A stretch of 43,572 nucleotides of DNA, taken from contig JAYKIM010000186.1 in NCBI GenBank assembly GCA_035286245.1, positions 1-43,572 of the forward strand. Direction: 5' to 3'. Position numbers and translations under genes: made by a program. Position 1 is the stretch's first letter. Each line of letters begins with the position of its first letter. The stretch comes from Cyanobacteriota bacterium (GTDB taxonomy: Bacteria; Cyanobacteriota; Cyanobacteriia; Phormidesmidales; Phormidesmidaceae). The notes beneath the pieces are model-generated. The model was not told the DNA's origin. It saw nothing but the letters and a program-made list of their open reading frames with translations, and did no database searches. Shown here one piece after another: positions 9,955-19,893 of the stretch.

Positions 9955-10556
9955 TGTACCTCTCCGTCAAACAGGCTAGCCCACAACCGCTGGGTTCCCG
10001 ATACACCGGAACAGAGTAGTAGCTGCTCTAACAATTGCAGAGCCAGTTGATCCAGCTTTTCGTCAGTGTCATAGGCAACCACCCCAGCACGACGGGGATT
10101 CATTCGGGCTCGAAAATGACTCCTGAAACGGCTCAAATAGTCCGCCAGGCGCAGATGGTGATGGGGGGAAAGCTGTTGAGCAGTCAGCTGCTGATAACCC
10201 AGTAACAACTGGCGAATCAGCACGGTTAACCGTCGGGCTTGGTGACCAATCAGAGTCGCCAAGGCCTTAGCTTCCTCCAATTGCATGGGGCGACGCTGGC
10301 TATAGCGCCGCATTGGATTGGTGCTGCGTAGCAGCCACAGATTGACTCGACCCTTGATCATTGCCTCTAAGCCCAGGTCTTGAGCCAGGGTGAGTAGGAT
10401 CTCACCACTGCTGAGATCAAGGGCTTCAGTGGCTAACAGTAACAAATCGATCTGAATGCGAGCCCGCCGTGGACACTCAGGGGTGGAGAGCTGAGGGGTA
10501 GGGAGGGCCGCTAAAATCAGCGATGGAGAAGAACGGGCTGGGCTATCTACTGGCAT
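9951..10556 (-). CDS. DUF3038-family cyanobacterial protein
   Basis: QIDLLLLATEAL, RVNLWLLRSTNPMRR, LLEQLLLCSGVSGTQRLWASLFDGE. Stop overlaps the next start (ATGA). Start uncertain (10556 or 10601). Confidence 0.78.
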   Translation of the reverse strand: MPVDSPARSSPSLILAALPTPQLSTPECPRRARIQIDLLLLATEALDLSSGEILLTLAQDLGLEAMIKGRVNLWLLRSTNPMRRYSQRRPMQLEEAKALATLIGHQARRLTVLIRQLLLGYQQLTAQQLSPHHHLRLADYLSRFRSHFRARMNPRRAGVVAYDTDEKLDQLALQLLEQLLLCSGVSGTQRLWASLFDGEVQ

Positions 10557-10644
10557 TCGATCCTGGGTGGTGATGAGTCGAACATCAAAATATTTTATCA
10601 AATCGGGGTTTTTAGCCTATCTGCCAGCATAAACCCCTAGCGGG

Positions 10645-12990
10645 TCAGTTGCCACTAGCGAGTTTACCCATGTTCTGGATATACCATTTGCCCTCTTGAC
10701 GCACCAAATCATAGCGCATCGTCAGGCTATCACTATAGGAGGCACTTGTGTTTTCCACCTCATACTCAAACAACCGGGCCTTTTCCTGTACCGTTGCCGT
10801 CACCTGTAATTGATCAGCGGTGGGGTCATCGGGGCTGACAGCATCCACCGCAACGCTGTGTTCGTACTCCCAGTACCAATTTTCCTGCACCCCCGCCGCC
10901 GCCCGCCGTTGCCACTGGGTCAAAAGCGGCTCTACCAGGATACCGGTCAGGCCCTCTGTTTGATGATCTTTGCCAAGGGCCGATCGCTTCACCGTCAGCC
11001 AATCCTCAATCACCCGTTTGGCAATGTCTTTAACCCCGATTTGCTCGTCAACCGTGGGGGCCGAAGGAATTTCAATAGCCGGTTCCGCCAGGCTGATCTC
11101 CAGGGGACGACCACTAATCCTGGGACTTGCCCAGCTCCCGGCCATCCGCATGGCGCCAAAGCCCAGTAGGCCTAAGACTGCTAATCCGGTCAGGGTAACC
11201 AGGCTGAGACGTCCCCACCGGGGAGAGCGCCCGAGTGCTGGTCGCCGTCGGGCCTGGATCGTACCGACAGGGGGAAACGCTTGGCCTGGAGCTAAACTGG
11301 CTACTGCCTTAGGATCTCGATTGGCACCGACTCGAGTAGTTTCGTCGGGAGCAGTTGGTCGGGGACTTCTGGGCGTAAGCTGACCGGCGGGAGATAGCTG
11401 GGCTACCCGTTCCGCCACCGAAAGCCCTTCTTCGAAGGGTTTAGTCGCCTCTGTGGTTACAGGCTTGGGAAAAGAAGACGGGTGACCATTATTGAGGGTC
11501 TTTGGCTGGAGGCTTGATGGGGAAAGGAAACCGCTATCCTTCATTGCGGTCGTCGCCCCCGATCCGACCTCGGTCAGGGTAGCCTTGGGGGGTCTCACCG
11601 AGGTACCAGCGGCCCTATCAGGGGCTGGGGTGGCCAGGGGCTGGGGCCGAGTATTCTGGCTTCGTCTGGTGCTAGGGCGCTCTGCTTCCGGGTCGAGTAC
11701 CATAGACTCCAGATAAGCCTGGACCTTAGGATCGGCAAAGTAGTCCTTAAGGGTAGCCTCTTGATCTCGAAAATCACGAAAGTGGGGAAATAGCTCCTCC
11801 CGTAACCACCGTTCGGTGTAGAGACAGAGTCCAGGCAGCAAATCGGGAGATTGGCGAGAATGCTCCCGAATGTAGGCCAGAGGTTCGTACTCTTGACTCA
11901 GTTCTAGGGCGTGGTTAGCTTCATCGGTTTGGCCCAACAGTAAGGCACACACCGCCTGTTCCAAATGCACATCTTGATGGGTTCCCAGGCGCATTAAGAG
12001 CTGCTTAGCCCGACGAATCAGGGCCGGCTGGTGATCGGCAAAGCCCCGGGCTAGGAGAGCATAAACGGTCAGGTAAATCGCTACCGGAGAAGGGCGCCGA
12101 GCCTCCTGTTCAAATAATTCCTGCTGTTCCGTGGTGGTCAAATAGTCCCGTAATTGCTGGATAAACCGGAGGAAGTCATCAATAGCAAGGCCCGATAAAT
12201 CATTCTCCTGGCCTTCGATACCACCCCGGTCCTGTAACATGGCCTTGAGCAGTTGTAGTCCCTGGCGGCGTTCGCGAGTTTGATCCAGGGGACTGGCAAG
12301 GAGCTCCAAGATACGGTAAGGCCTTAGCTTATAGAGTTCCGATTGAATTTCCGCCCGCACCGTCGGGAACTGATTTTGTTGCACCAGCCAGTCATGCCCT
12401 TTTTGCAGGGAACTGGCGGCCATTTCATAGTGGCGTTGCTGCCACTGTTCCCGCCCCAGCTCCAGGCAGGCCAGGGTCATAATGAGTACCAGATCGGTCT
12501 GGCCAGACTGGGTTAGGAGGCTGGTGGGGGTGGCCATGGGGCCATAGGTTTGGGCTAGGCTTAGCACCTGTTCGTATTCCCCCAGATCTAGCAGGATGAG
12601 GAGGGCACCGGCCAGATCTTCTGGCTCAATGGTGATGGTGAGGCCGCTTTCTTCCCCCACCGATGGTTCGGTCGCCAGTAACCTCAGGGTCGCTTCCCCC
12701 AAATCCGCATCTACCCCCAATTGACCATTGCCGATGGCTTCCAGAGGCAGGGACTCGGGCGTAGGATAGGCACTGGCCAGTAACTTGGCGTCATAGTCCC
12801 GTCGGCGATCGGGATCGGATAGGACTTCATAGGCCTGATCAATCAAACGTTTACGAGAATTAATCACCACCTCGGAGAACTCTCGCCGGGGAAGCTGCAG
12901 CCCGAGGTCACGGTGGGCTTGCTGTAGCTGCTCTAATGTGGCCTGCGGTGGTAGACCTAAGATTCGGTAATAGTCTAATGGAATTTTCAC
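10645..12990 (-). CDS. ftn2: Cell division protein Ftn2/ZipN (ARC6 homologue; J-like domain, TM, IMS domain)
   Basis: GTG start (VKIPLDYYRILG), J-like domain lacking HPD, LYKLRPYRILELL, CALLLGQ, PDLLPGLCLYTERWL, TM, C-terminal IMS domain (YWEY...RYDLVRQEGKWYI). Confidence 0.9.
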   Translation of the reverse strand: MKIPLDYYRILGLPPQATLEQLQQAHRDLGLQLPRREFSEVVINSRKRLIDQAYEVLSDPDRRRDYDAKLLASAYPTPESLPLEAIGNGQLGVDADLGEATLRLLATEPSVGEESGLTITIEPEDLAGALLILLDLGEYEQVLSLAQTYGPMATPTSLLTQSGQTDLVLIMTLACLELGREQWQQRHYEMAASSLQKGHDWLVQQNQFPTVRAEIQSELYKLRPYRILELLASPLDQTRERRQGLQLLKAMLQDRGGIEGQENDLSGLAIDDFLRFIQQLRDYLTTTEQQELFEQEARRPSPVAIYLTVYALLARGFADHQPALIRRAKQLLMRLGTHQDVHLEQAVCALLLGQTDEANHALELSQEYEPLAYIREHSRQSPDLLPGLCLYTERWLREELFPHFRDFRDQEATLKDYFADPKVQAYLESMVLDPEAERPSTRRSQNTRPQPLATPAPDRAAGTSVRPPKATLTEVGSGATTAMKDSGFLSPSSLQPKTLNNGHPSSFPKPVTTEATKPFEEGLSVAERVAQLSPAGQLTPRSPRPTAPDETTRVGANRDPKAVASLAPGQAFPPVGTIQARRRPALGRSPRWGRLSLVTLTGLAVLGLLGFGAMRMAGSWASPRISGRPLEISLAEPAIEIPSAPTVDEQIGVKDIAKRVIEDWLTVKRSALGKDHQTEGLTGILVEPLLTQWQRRAAAGVQENWYWEYEHSVAVDAVSPDDPTADQLQVTATVQEKARLFEYEVENTSASYSDSLTMRYDLVRQEGKWYIQNMGKLASGN

Positions 12991-13353
12991 AACTCTTACC
13001 TCTAGCAGCGAATTCACCCGCAATGGTAACTAAAAAGTGGGCAGACAATCCTGCTGACCACGTCACTATCTTAGCCAGCACTGGCATAGAACCCCTAGCT
13101 TTAGGCTACGACTACCCTAGTAGGACAGAGCTCGAAATCACCTAGTAGAAAGTTGCCATTTTATAGCATAGGAAACCAGTTACGACCAGAGGTGAGCAAC
13201 CCCCCTTCCCCACTATAAGCAACCCAGATGGGATAGGGGGCGATTGTTTCACGAGTTTTAAAGTCATCAATTATAGAACTACCCCTGGCCACGGGGGTGA
13301 TCTTTTCGGTATAGTGAAACGTTGGACGTTGCCGCGTAGGACCCAGCAGAACC

Positions 13354-14382
13354 ATGGTTCAAGAACGAACATTACCCCAGCTCCAGGCCCAAGAAACTGA
13401 GCTTTCAGCCTCAGATGCTCAGGTTGTCTACGAAGATATGGTGTTAGGGCGGTTCTTTGAAGATAAATGCGCCGAAATGTATTATCGCGGCAAGATGTTT
13501 GGCTTTGTTCACCTCTATAACGGCCAGGAAGCGGTTTCCAGTGGGGTAATCAAGGCTATGCGCAGTGATGACTACGTGTGTAGCACCTACCGCGACCATG
13601 TCCATGCCCTCAGTGCCGGAGTCCCGGCTCGCCAAGTGATGGCCGAGTTATTTGGTAAAGAAACCGGTTGCAGTCGCGGACGGGGCGGCTCCATGCACCT
13701 GTTTTCCAGTCCCCACAATATGTTGGGGGGGTTTGCCTTTATTGGGGAGGGGATTCCCGTTGCCCTGGGGGCCGCTTTCCAGTCCCGCTACCGCCGTGAT
13801 GCCCTGGGTCAAGCTGATGCGGATCAGGTGACCGCCTGTTTTTTCGGTGATGGTACGACGAACAACGGGCAGTTTTTTGAATGCTTAAACATGGCTGCCC
13901 TCTGGAAGCTGCCGATCCTATTTGTGGTGGAAAATAATAAATGGGCGATTGGCATGGCCCACGAGCGGGCCACCTCCCAGCCCGAGATTTATCGAAAGGC
14001 CTCGGTTTTCGGCATGCCTGGGGTAGAGGTGGATGGTATGGATGTGATGGCGGTGCGGACAGTGGCCCAAGCTGCCGTGGCCCGAGCCCGGGCGGGCGAA
14101 GGTCCGACCCTGATTGAATGCCTGACCTACCGGTTTCGTGGTCATTCCCTGGCAGATCCTGATGAGTTACGTTCCAAAGAGGAGAAAGACACCTGGTTTG
14201 CCCGCGATCCGATCAAGCGCTTTGAGGCCTACCTGTTGGAGCGAGACCTCCTGAAGGAAGCCGCCTTGAAAGAAATTCGCGATCGCATCCAAAGTACTAT
14301 TGACGAGGCCCTCAGCTTTGCAGAGGAGAGTCCTGAACCTAGTCCAGACGACCTATACAAATACATTTTTGCCGAAGACTAG
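13354..14382 (+). CDS. pdhA: Pyruvate dehydrogenase E1 alpha subunit
   Basis: [28 protein letters not shown] motif FFGDG...[18 protein letters not shown]. Confidence 0.97.
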   Translation: MVQERTLPQLQAQETELSASDAQVVYEDMVLGRFFEDKCAEMYYRGKMFGFVHLYNGQEAVSSGVIKAMRSDDYVCSTYRDHVHALSAGVPARQVMAELFGKETGCSRGRGGSMHLFSSPHNMLGGFAFIGEGIPVALGAAFQSRYRRDALGQADADQVTACFFGDGTTNNGQFFECLNMAALWKLPILFVVENNKWAIGMAHERATSQPEIYRKASVFGMPGVEVDGMDVMAVRTVAQAAVARARAGEGPTLIECLTYRFRGHSLADPDELRSKEEKDTWFARDPIKRFEAYLLERDLLKEAALKEIRDRIQSTIDEALSFAEESPEPSPDDLYKYIFAED

Positions 14383-14471
14383 GTGATCTTAATAGCCCCA
14401 AGGCTGCCGCCAAGCCACCATATTCGTGTTTCCCCTTCACTTGTCCTTAATTTCTAATAAACTGCAAAGTT

Positions 14472-15455
14472 ATGGCAGAAACTCTGATGTTTAACGCCCT
14501 ACGAGAGGCCATTGACGAAGAAATGGCTCGCGATCAGACCGTTTTTGTCCTGGGCGAAGATGTGGGCCACTACGGCGGATCCTACAAGGTGACTAAGGAT
14601 TTATACCAAAAGTACGGCGATCTACGGGTTCTGGATACCCCCATCGCCGAAAACAGCTTTACTGGCATGGCGGTGGGGGCCGCCATGACCGGTTTACGCC
14701 CCATCATTGAGGGCATGAACATGGGCTTTCTCCTGCTGGCCTTTAACCAGATTGCCAACAATGCCGGCATGTTACGCTACACCTCCGGCGGTAACTTTAA
14801 AATCCCCATGGTGATTCGGGGCCCCGGTGGAGTAGGTCGCCAGTTGGGGGCCGAGCACTCCCAACGGTTAGAGGCTTACTTCCAGGCGGTGCCCGGATTG
14901 AAGATTGTGGCCTGCTCCACCGCCTATAACGCCAAAGGGTTACTCAAGTCCGCCATCCGTGACGATAATCCGGTGCTTTTCTTTGAGCATGTGTTGCTCT
15001 ACAACCTTAAGGAAGACCTGCCTAACCACGAGTATCTAGTGCCCCTGGACAGGGCCGAGGTGGTGCGTCCCGGTAAGGACGTGACTATCCTTACCTATTC
15101 AAGAATGCGACACCATGTTATGCAGGCGGTTAAGGGGCTGGTGGCCAAGGGTATTGATCCTGAGGTGATTGATTTAATCTCCCTAAAACCTCTGGACTTT
15201 GAAACCATTGGCCCTTCTATCAAAAAGACTCACCGGGTAATCGTCGTAGAAGAGTGTATGCGTACCGGTGGGATTGGGGCCGAAATTGTTGCCTCCATTA
15301 ACGATCGCCTATTTGACGAGCTGGATGCACCGGTGGTGAGGCTGTCTTCCCAGGACATCCCTACCCCCTATAACGGTAAACTGGAGAGTCTCACCATTGT
15401 TCAGCCTAAGCAAATTGAGGCGGCGGTGGAAAAGATGGTGGCGCTGAAGGTTTGA
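14472..15455 (+). CDS. pdhB: Pyruvate dehydrogenase E1 beta subunit
   Basis: [41 protein letters not shown]. Confidence 0.97.
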   Translation: MAETLMFNALREAIDEEMARDQTVFVLGEDVGHYGGSYKVTKDLYQKYGDLRVLDTPIAENSFTGMAVGAAMTGLRPIIEGMNMGFLLLAFNQIANNAGMLRYTSGGNFKIPMVIRGPGGVGRQLGAEHSQRLEAYFQAVPGLKIVACSTAYNAKGLLKSAIRDDNPVLFFEHVLLYNLKEDLPNHEYLVPLDRAEVVRPGKDVTILTYSRMRHHVMQAVKGLVAKGIDPEVIDLISLKPLDFETIGPSIKKTHRVIVVEECMRTGGIGAEIVASINDRLFDELDAPVVRLSSQDIPTPYNGKLESLTIVQPKQIEAAVEKMVALKV

Positions 15456-15457
15456 TC

Positions 15458-16891
15458 ATGGCAAAGTATCAGGCTTGGTTAGGATTAATTCTGGCCCTTA
15501 CCGTGGCGGCGGTGGTGGTTATTGTTCAGGTGCCCACCCGCCTGGGGCTAGACCTGCGGGGCGGATCCCAGTTAACCCTACAGGTGAAACCCACCGCCAC
15601 CATTACCACTGTCGGTGAGCGGGAGATGCAGGCAGTACAAAGTGTGGTCGAAGGGCGCGTCAACGGCCTAGGGGTTTCAGAGGCCCTGGTTCAGCAGTTA
15701 GGTAACAACCAACTCCTGATCCAGCTGCCCGGGGTCAGCGATCCTGAGCAGGCGGAACGGGTTTTGGGAGGTACGGCCCAGCTGGAGTTTCGAGCCCAAA
15801 GACAGGACACCGAGAGTCAGCTAGCCGTAGAGCAACAGGTTTTACAGGGCCATTTAGGTGACCTGGTGGCCGTTCAGAAAAGCCTACCCCAGGGAGCCGC
15901 TATCAGTACGGAGGCTAAGGCCAGGTTAGATCAAATTCAGACCGCGATCGCCAGCAGCGAAACCTCCATTAGTCAGCTCTTCGAACCCAGCCAACTCACC
16001 GGTGACAAGCTTACCGACGCCCTGGCCCGACCTGGCAATGGCACCCAGTGGGTGGTAGACATTAAATTTAATGCCCAAGGGGCGGAAGATTTTGCTAACT
16101 TGACCAAATCGGTGGCTGGTACGGGACGGGGATTGGGCATTTTTCTCGACAACCGCCTCTTGAGTGCGCCCCGGGTCGATGTTCAATACGCTGAAACCGG
16201 TATTGCCGGAGGCAATGCCGAAATATCTGGTAATTTTACCGCTGAGTCAGCCCGGGATTTGGAGGTGCAGCTGCGCGGTGGCGCCCTACCCCTACCGGTG
16301 GAGGTGGTAGAAAATCGCACCGTGGGTCCGACCCTAGGGCGAGACAGTGTTCAGCGTAGCGTCTATGCCGGCATTGGCGGTTTGGTGCTGGTTTTGATCT
16401 TTATGGCCGTTTACTACCGATTACCTGGCATTGTGGCGGATATTGCCCTGGTCATCTATGCCCTACTCACCTGGGCCGCCTTTAACCTGTTAGGGGTTAC
16501 CCTGACCCTACCTGGCATTGCCGGGTTTATCCTCAGCATCGGTATGGCGGTGGATGCCAATGTTTTAATCTTTGAGCGGACCCGCGAAGAGCTGCGGGCT
16601 GGGAAAACCCTGTATCGATCGGTGGAATCGGGGTTTTACCGGGCTTTCTCCAGCATCCTCGATGGTAACGTGACTACCGTGATTGCCTGTGTAGCCTTGT
16701 TTTGGCTAGGGGCTGGGCTGGTCAAGGGATTTGCTCTGACCCTAGGGCTGGGGGTGATCATTAGTATGTTTACCGCCTTGACCTGTACCCGGGCTTTATT
16801 GTTTTTTATCTTGGGTTTACCCCGATTTCGTAGGCCATCTCTATTTTGCCCTGGGCTGGGCAACCTACCTCCTAGGAGTGCCACTCCATGA
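15458..16891 (+). CDS. secD: Protein translocase subunit SecD
   Basis: [59 protein letters not shown]. Confidence 0.96.
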   Translation: MAKYQAWLGLILALTVAAVVVIVQVPTRLGLDLRGGSQLTLQVKPTATITTVGEREMQAVQSVVEGRVNGLGVSEALVQQLGNNQLLIQLPGVSDPEQAERVLGGTAQLEFRAQRQDTESQLAVEQQVLQGHLGDLVAVQKSLPQGAAISTEAKARLDQIQTAIASSETSISQLFEPSQLTGDKLTDALARPGNGTQWVVDIKFNAQGAEDFANLTKSVAGTGRGLGIFLDNRLLSAPRVDVQYAETGIAGGNAEISGNFTAESARDLEVQLRGGALPLPVEVVENRTVGPTLGRDSVQRSVYAGIGGLVLVLIFMAVYYRLPGIVADIALVIYALLTWAAFNLLGVTLTLPGIAGFILSIGMAVDANVLIFERTREELRAGKTLYRSVESGFYRAFSSILDGNVTTVIACVALFWLGAGLVKGFALTLGLGVIISMFTALTCTRALLFFILGLPRFRRPSLFCPGLGNLPPRSATP

Positions 16892-17874
16892 AACTAGCGG
16901 TTATTAAGCAGCGCGGCCTCTGGTGGATCGTCTCTAGCCTGGTAATTATACTGGGTCTGATCGCGGCGGTGATTTCCTGGCAGCAGTTTGGGGCTCCCCT
17001 CAAGCCCGGTCTAGATTTTGTCGGTGGGACTCGTCTCCAACTCACCCGCAGCTGTGCTCTCGTCAATGGCTGTAGCGGTGATATTGATCTAGCCCAGGTC
17101 CGCCAGGTATTGTCTGATCAGGGATTGGGGTCTAGTAGCTTACAGATCCTCGATCCCAAGTTGCAGATTCTCTCCATTCGCACTCGCCCTCTGTCAGCAC
17201 AAGAACGCACTCAACTCCAAGGCGCTCTAGATACTGAAATCGGTCCCTTTGATAGTAATAGTGTACAAATTGACTCAGTAGGACCGGTAATTGGCCGGCA
17301 GTTATTAAGCTCAGGTTTGCTCGCCCTGTTGGTGTCCTTCGCTGGCATCGTGATCTATCTCAGTCTCAGGTTCCGGTTAGACTACGCGATTTTCGCAATT
17401 ATTGCCCTATTCCATGATGTGCTTGTCACCAGTGGGGTTTTTAGTATTCTAGGACTGGTGGCGGGGGTGGAGGTTGATAGTCTATTTATCGTCGCGCTTC
17501 TAACAATCGTAGGATTTTCTGTGAATGACACGGTGGTAATCTACGATCGCGTTCGTGAAAATATCAAGCTTTCTCCCAAAACCCATATTAACGATATTGT
17601 CGATGATGCGGTTAACCAAACCTTGACCCGGTCCATCAATACAAGTTTGACCACCACCCTACCGCTGCTGGCGATCGTCGCCTTTGGAGGACAAACCCTC
17701 AAGTATTTCGCCCTTGCCCTGATCATTGGCTTTGTCGCTGGGGCCTACTCTAGTATCTTCATCGCCAGTTCGCTTTTAGCACTGTGGCGAGAGCGCAATG
17801 GTCAGATGTACGGTAACACTGATGAAGCCGATCTCGCCGCGATGGCTAATCAAGAGATAGAATCGACTCGTTGA
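16888..17874 (+). CDS. secF: Protein translocase subunit SecF
   Basis: [59 protein letters not shown] overlap with secD. Confidence 0.96.
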   Translation: MKLAVIKQRGLWWIVSSLVIILGLIAAVISWQQFGAPLKPGLDFVGGTRLQLTRSCALVNGCSGDIDLAQVRQVLSDQGLGSSSLQILDPKLQILSIRTRPLSAQERTQLQGALDTEIGPFDSNSVQIDSVGPVIGRQLLSSGLLALLVSFAGIVIYLSLRFRLDYAIFAIIALFHDVLVTSGVFSILGLVAGVEVDSLFIVALLTIVGFSVNDTVVIYDRVRENIKLSPKTHINDIVDDAVNQTLTRSINTSLTTTLPLLAIVAFGGQTLKYFALALIIGFVAGAYSSIFIASSLLALWRERNGQMYGNTDEADLAAMANQEIESTR

Positions 17875-17895
17875 AGTTACAGACTAATTACCCCG

Positions 17896-18279
17896 GTGGT
17901 CCTGGATTCCAGCCAGAAAAAACAAATTCATCAACTACGGACAATTCTATGGCGGCGTTGGTGGTTGACCGTATTAGGGTTATGGCTGACCGTAGGTACC
18001 CTAAGCCTCTGGAGGCTATACCCAGAGGTGGCTTTATTACGCCAGTACTTCACCTGGACCGCCCTACGCTATGGACTGTTCTATCATCGTTTAGCTTCAG
18101 TAGGTCTGGGCCTATGTCTGGGTTTGACCGTTGCCCTATTGGTGGCGGAAAGTCGCTACCTCCTGTTTGGTCTGGCCAGATCTGAGCAGCAACGGCTAGA
18201 GACCTGGCTACAGCGGATTAACCGTCAAGGACCTCACCACCCTCTCTGGACCTCCCTACACCGGGGCAAGTCCAACTGA
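17896..18279 (+). CDS. Conserved hypothetical cyanobacterial 2-TM membrane protein
   Basis: Two hydrophobic segments, YFTWTALRYGL and RINRQGPHHPLW motifs, 21 bp after secF. Confidence 0.7.
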   Translation: MVLDSSQKKQIHQLRTILWRRWWLTVLGLWLTVGTLSLWRLYPEVALLRQYFTWTALRYGLFYHRLASVGLGLCLGLTVALLVAESRYLLFGLARSEQQRLETWLQRINRQGPHHPLWTSLHRGKSN

Positions 18280-18536
18280 AGATTAGATCTGAGGTCATTG
18301 TCAAATAGCCGGCAATTCTCATCATGGAAAGTTTTTCCCTCAGCGGACTGATGCTGGGCCAGTCTAACGACTGATACTAAATCCTGACTGTTTACACCCG
18401 ATCCAAAAAGGGAAAGTAACGTCCATCAAAGATTTGGCCTTTCAAGAACCGAGGTTTTAGGACTGGGATTTGACATAAAACTCTTACTTTTTCCCTTCAG
18501 TGGTCAATGGCAAGGGCCTCGGGAATCACTCATACT

Positions 18537-18550
18537 AGTACATATGATTT
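18537..18550. promoter_or_regulatory. Degenerate second LexA-like site
   Basis: AGTACATATGATTT has an intact AGTAC half-site and a degenerate right half. Confidence 0.35.
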
Positions 18551-18603
18551 AAAATAGGAATTGCTAATCAAGTAGCAGAGCCTAGACAGAGATATCGCTC
18601 CCT

Positions 18604-18617
18604 GGTACAATTGTTCT
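18604..18617. promoter_or_regulatory. Cyanobacterial LexA box upstream of lexA
   Basis: GGTACAATTGTTCT matches the consensus RGTACNNNDGTWCB exactly and lies 34 bp before the lexA ATG. Confidence 0.8.
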
Positions 18618-18651
18618 GAGAATTTAGTATGGCTACCCTGGCCAACCCCCT

Positions 18652-19266
18652 ATGGAAACCCTAACACCTGCCCAGCAAGAACTCTACGATTGGTTGGTTG
18701 ACTATATCCGCACTAACCAACATTCTCCCTCCATTCGCCAGATGATGAAGGCTATGGACCTCAAGTCTCCAGCCCCTATTCAAAGTCGTTTAGAACACTT
18801 AAAAAATAAAGGTTATATCGAGTGGACTGAGGGTAAAGCTCGCACCATTCGAATCCGTGAAGACCTTAGGGGGCTACCTATTCTAGGAACTATTGCCGCA
18901 GGTTTTGTCAACGAAGCTTTTACCGATGATGTAGAGCGCCTCGACCTAAACGGTATACCGATTCAGTCTGGAGACTACGCCCTCAGGGTGACCGGAGACA
19001 GCATGGTAGACGCCATGATTTTGGAGGGAGATGTGGTGATCATGCGACCGGTTAAAGACCCCCAGTCCGTACGGGAGGGCACCATCGTTGCGGCCAGGGT
19101 GGAAACCGGCACTACCCTAAAATCCTTCTACCGCAGTGGTAATCAAATCAAGTTAAAGCCCGCCAACCCTAATTATCCGGTAATGGAGTTTCCCGCCGAT
19201 CTGGTAGACATCCAGGGCAAGTTAGTAGCGGTCTGGCGTGGGGTTGATCCGGAGTTTAGTATTTAA
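18652..19266 (+). CDS. lexA: SOS repressor LexA
   Basis: Winged HTH (LTPAQQELY...SPSIRQM...SPAPIQSRL..L..KGYI), cleavage site GTIAAG, catalytic Ser (LRVTGDSM) and Lys (TTLKSF). Confidence 0.96.
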   Translation: METLTPAQQELYDWLVDYIRTNQHSPSIRQMMKAMDLKSPAPIQSRLEHLKNKGYIEWTEGKARTIRIREDLRGLPILGTIAAGFVNEAFTDDVERLDLNGIPIQSGDYALRVTGDSMVDAMILEGDVVIMRPVKDPQSVREGTIVAARVETGTTLKSFYRSGNQIKLKPANPNYPVMEFPADLVDIQGKLVAVWRGVDPEFSI

Positions 19267-19443
19267 GAGTCTTAGGCAAAATCCAAGGGATAGTGTTGCT
19301 TGGTGAAGGTCTCAAAGATTGTCCTTGATCTCCGGCAGCTAAGCTTGTGACGGTGAACTTTCAGATTGGGTTGAGATTGAAATCCAGGGAAGTTAAGGGT
19401 TTGATGGAGCTGAGGCCGAGGTGAAGGGTCTGCTGAGCCAGGG

Positions 19444-19875
19444 CTATACTTCAGATTTCACCACCATGACAGTGCAGGAAGCATTTTCCACCACTTCGCT
19501 ACTGATCGATTTGGCCAGAATCCGATCTACACCAGTCAAACCACGGCTCCCTAAAATGATCAAATCTACGTTGTAAATATGGGCTAGACGAATAATTTCA
19601 ACCTCAGGTTCTCCCTGAACCACCTCAAAAACCAAGTTCACACAGCTGAACTGATCGCCGAGGGCCCTGAGATGGTTTTCAACTTGATGGTTAGGCAATT
19701 CGACATCCGTCGACAGGGGACGGGATAGGTCTTGATCCGGTCGATCCTGGGGATAGGGTAAGACGTGAGCTAAAATCACCTTGGCCTCAGGGACTAAGGC
19801 TAGGGCCTGGGCATTGGCAATAATGACTTCATCCAGGGAAGAATTACTGAGGGCAATCAAAACGGATTTAAACAT
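19444..19875 (-). CDS. Universal stress protein (UspA family)
   Basis: MFKSVLIAL, GEPEVEII, DLIILGSRGLTG...SISSEVVENASCTVMVV. Confidence 0.92.
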   Translation of the reverse strand: MFKSVLIALSNSSLDEVIIANAQALALVPEAKVILAHVLPYPQDRPDQDLSRPLSTDVELPNHQVENHLRALGDQFSCVNLVFEVVQGEPEVEIIRLAHIYNVDLIILGSRGLTGVDRILAKSISSEVVENASCTVMVVKSEV

Positions 19876-19893
19876 TAGACATCGCTACCCTAA

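Noticed and set aside
12850-12990. J-domain lacking the HPD motif
   Set aside because: Known property of Ftn2/ZipN/ARC6, not a defect.
13094-13148. Repeated CCTAG(TAG) motifs in the ftn2/pdhA divergent region
   Set aside because: Short and irregularly spaced (22 and 25 bp), and CTAG is common in this region. Not CRISPR-like.
17871-18185. 104-aa + strand ORF overlapping the secF stop
   Set aside because: The alternative frame 17896-18279 has TM segments and familiar motifs and is the better gene call.
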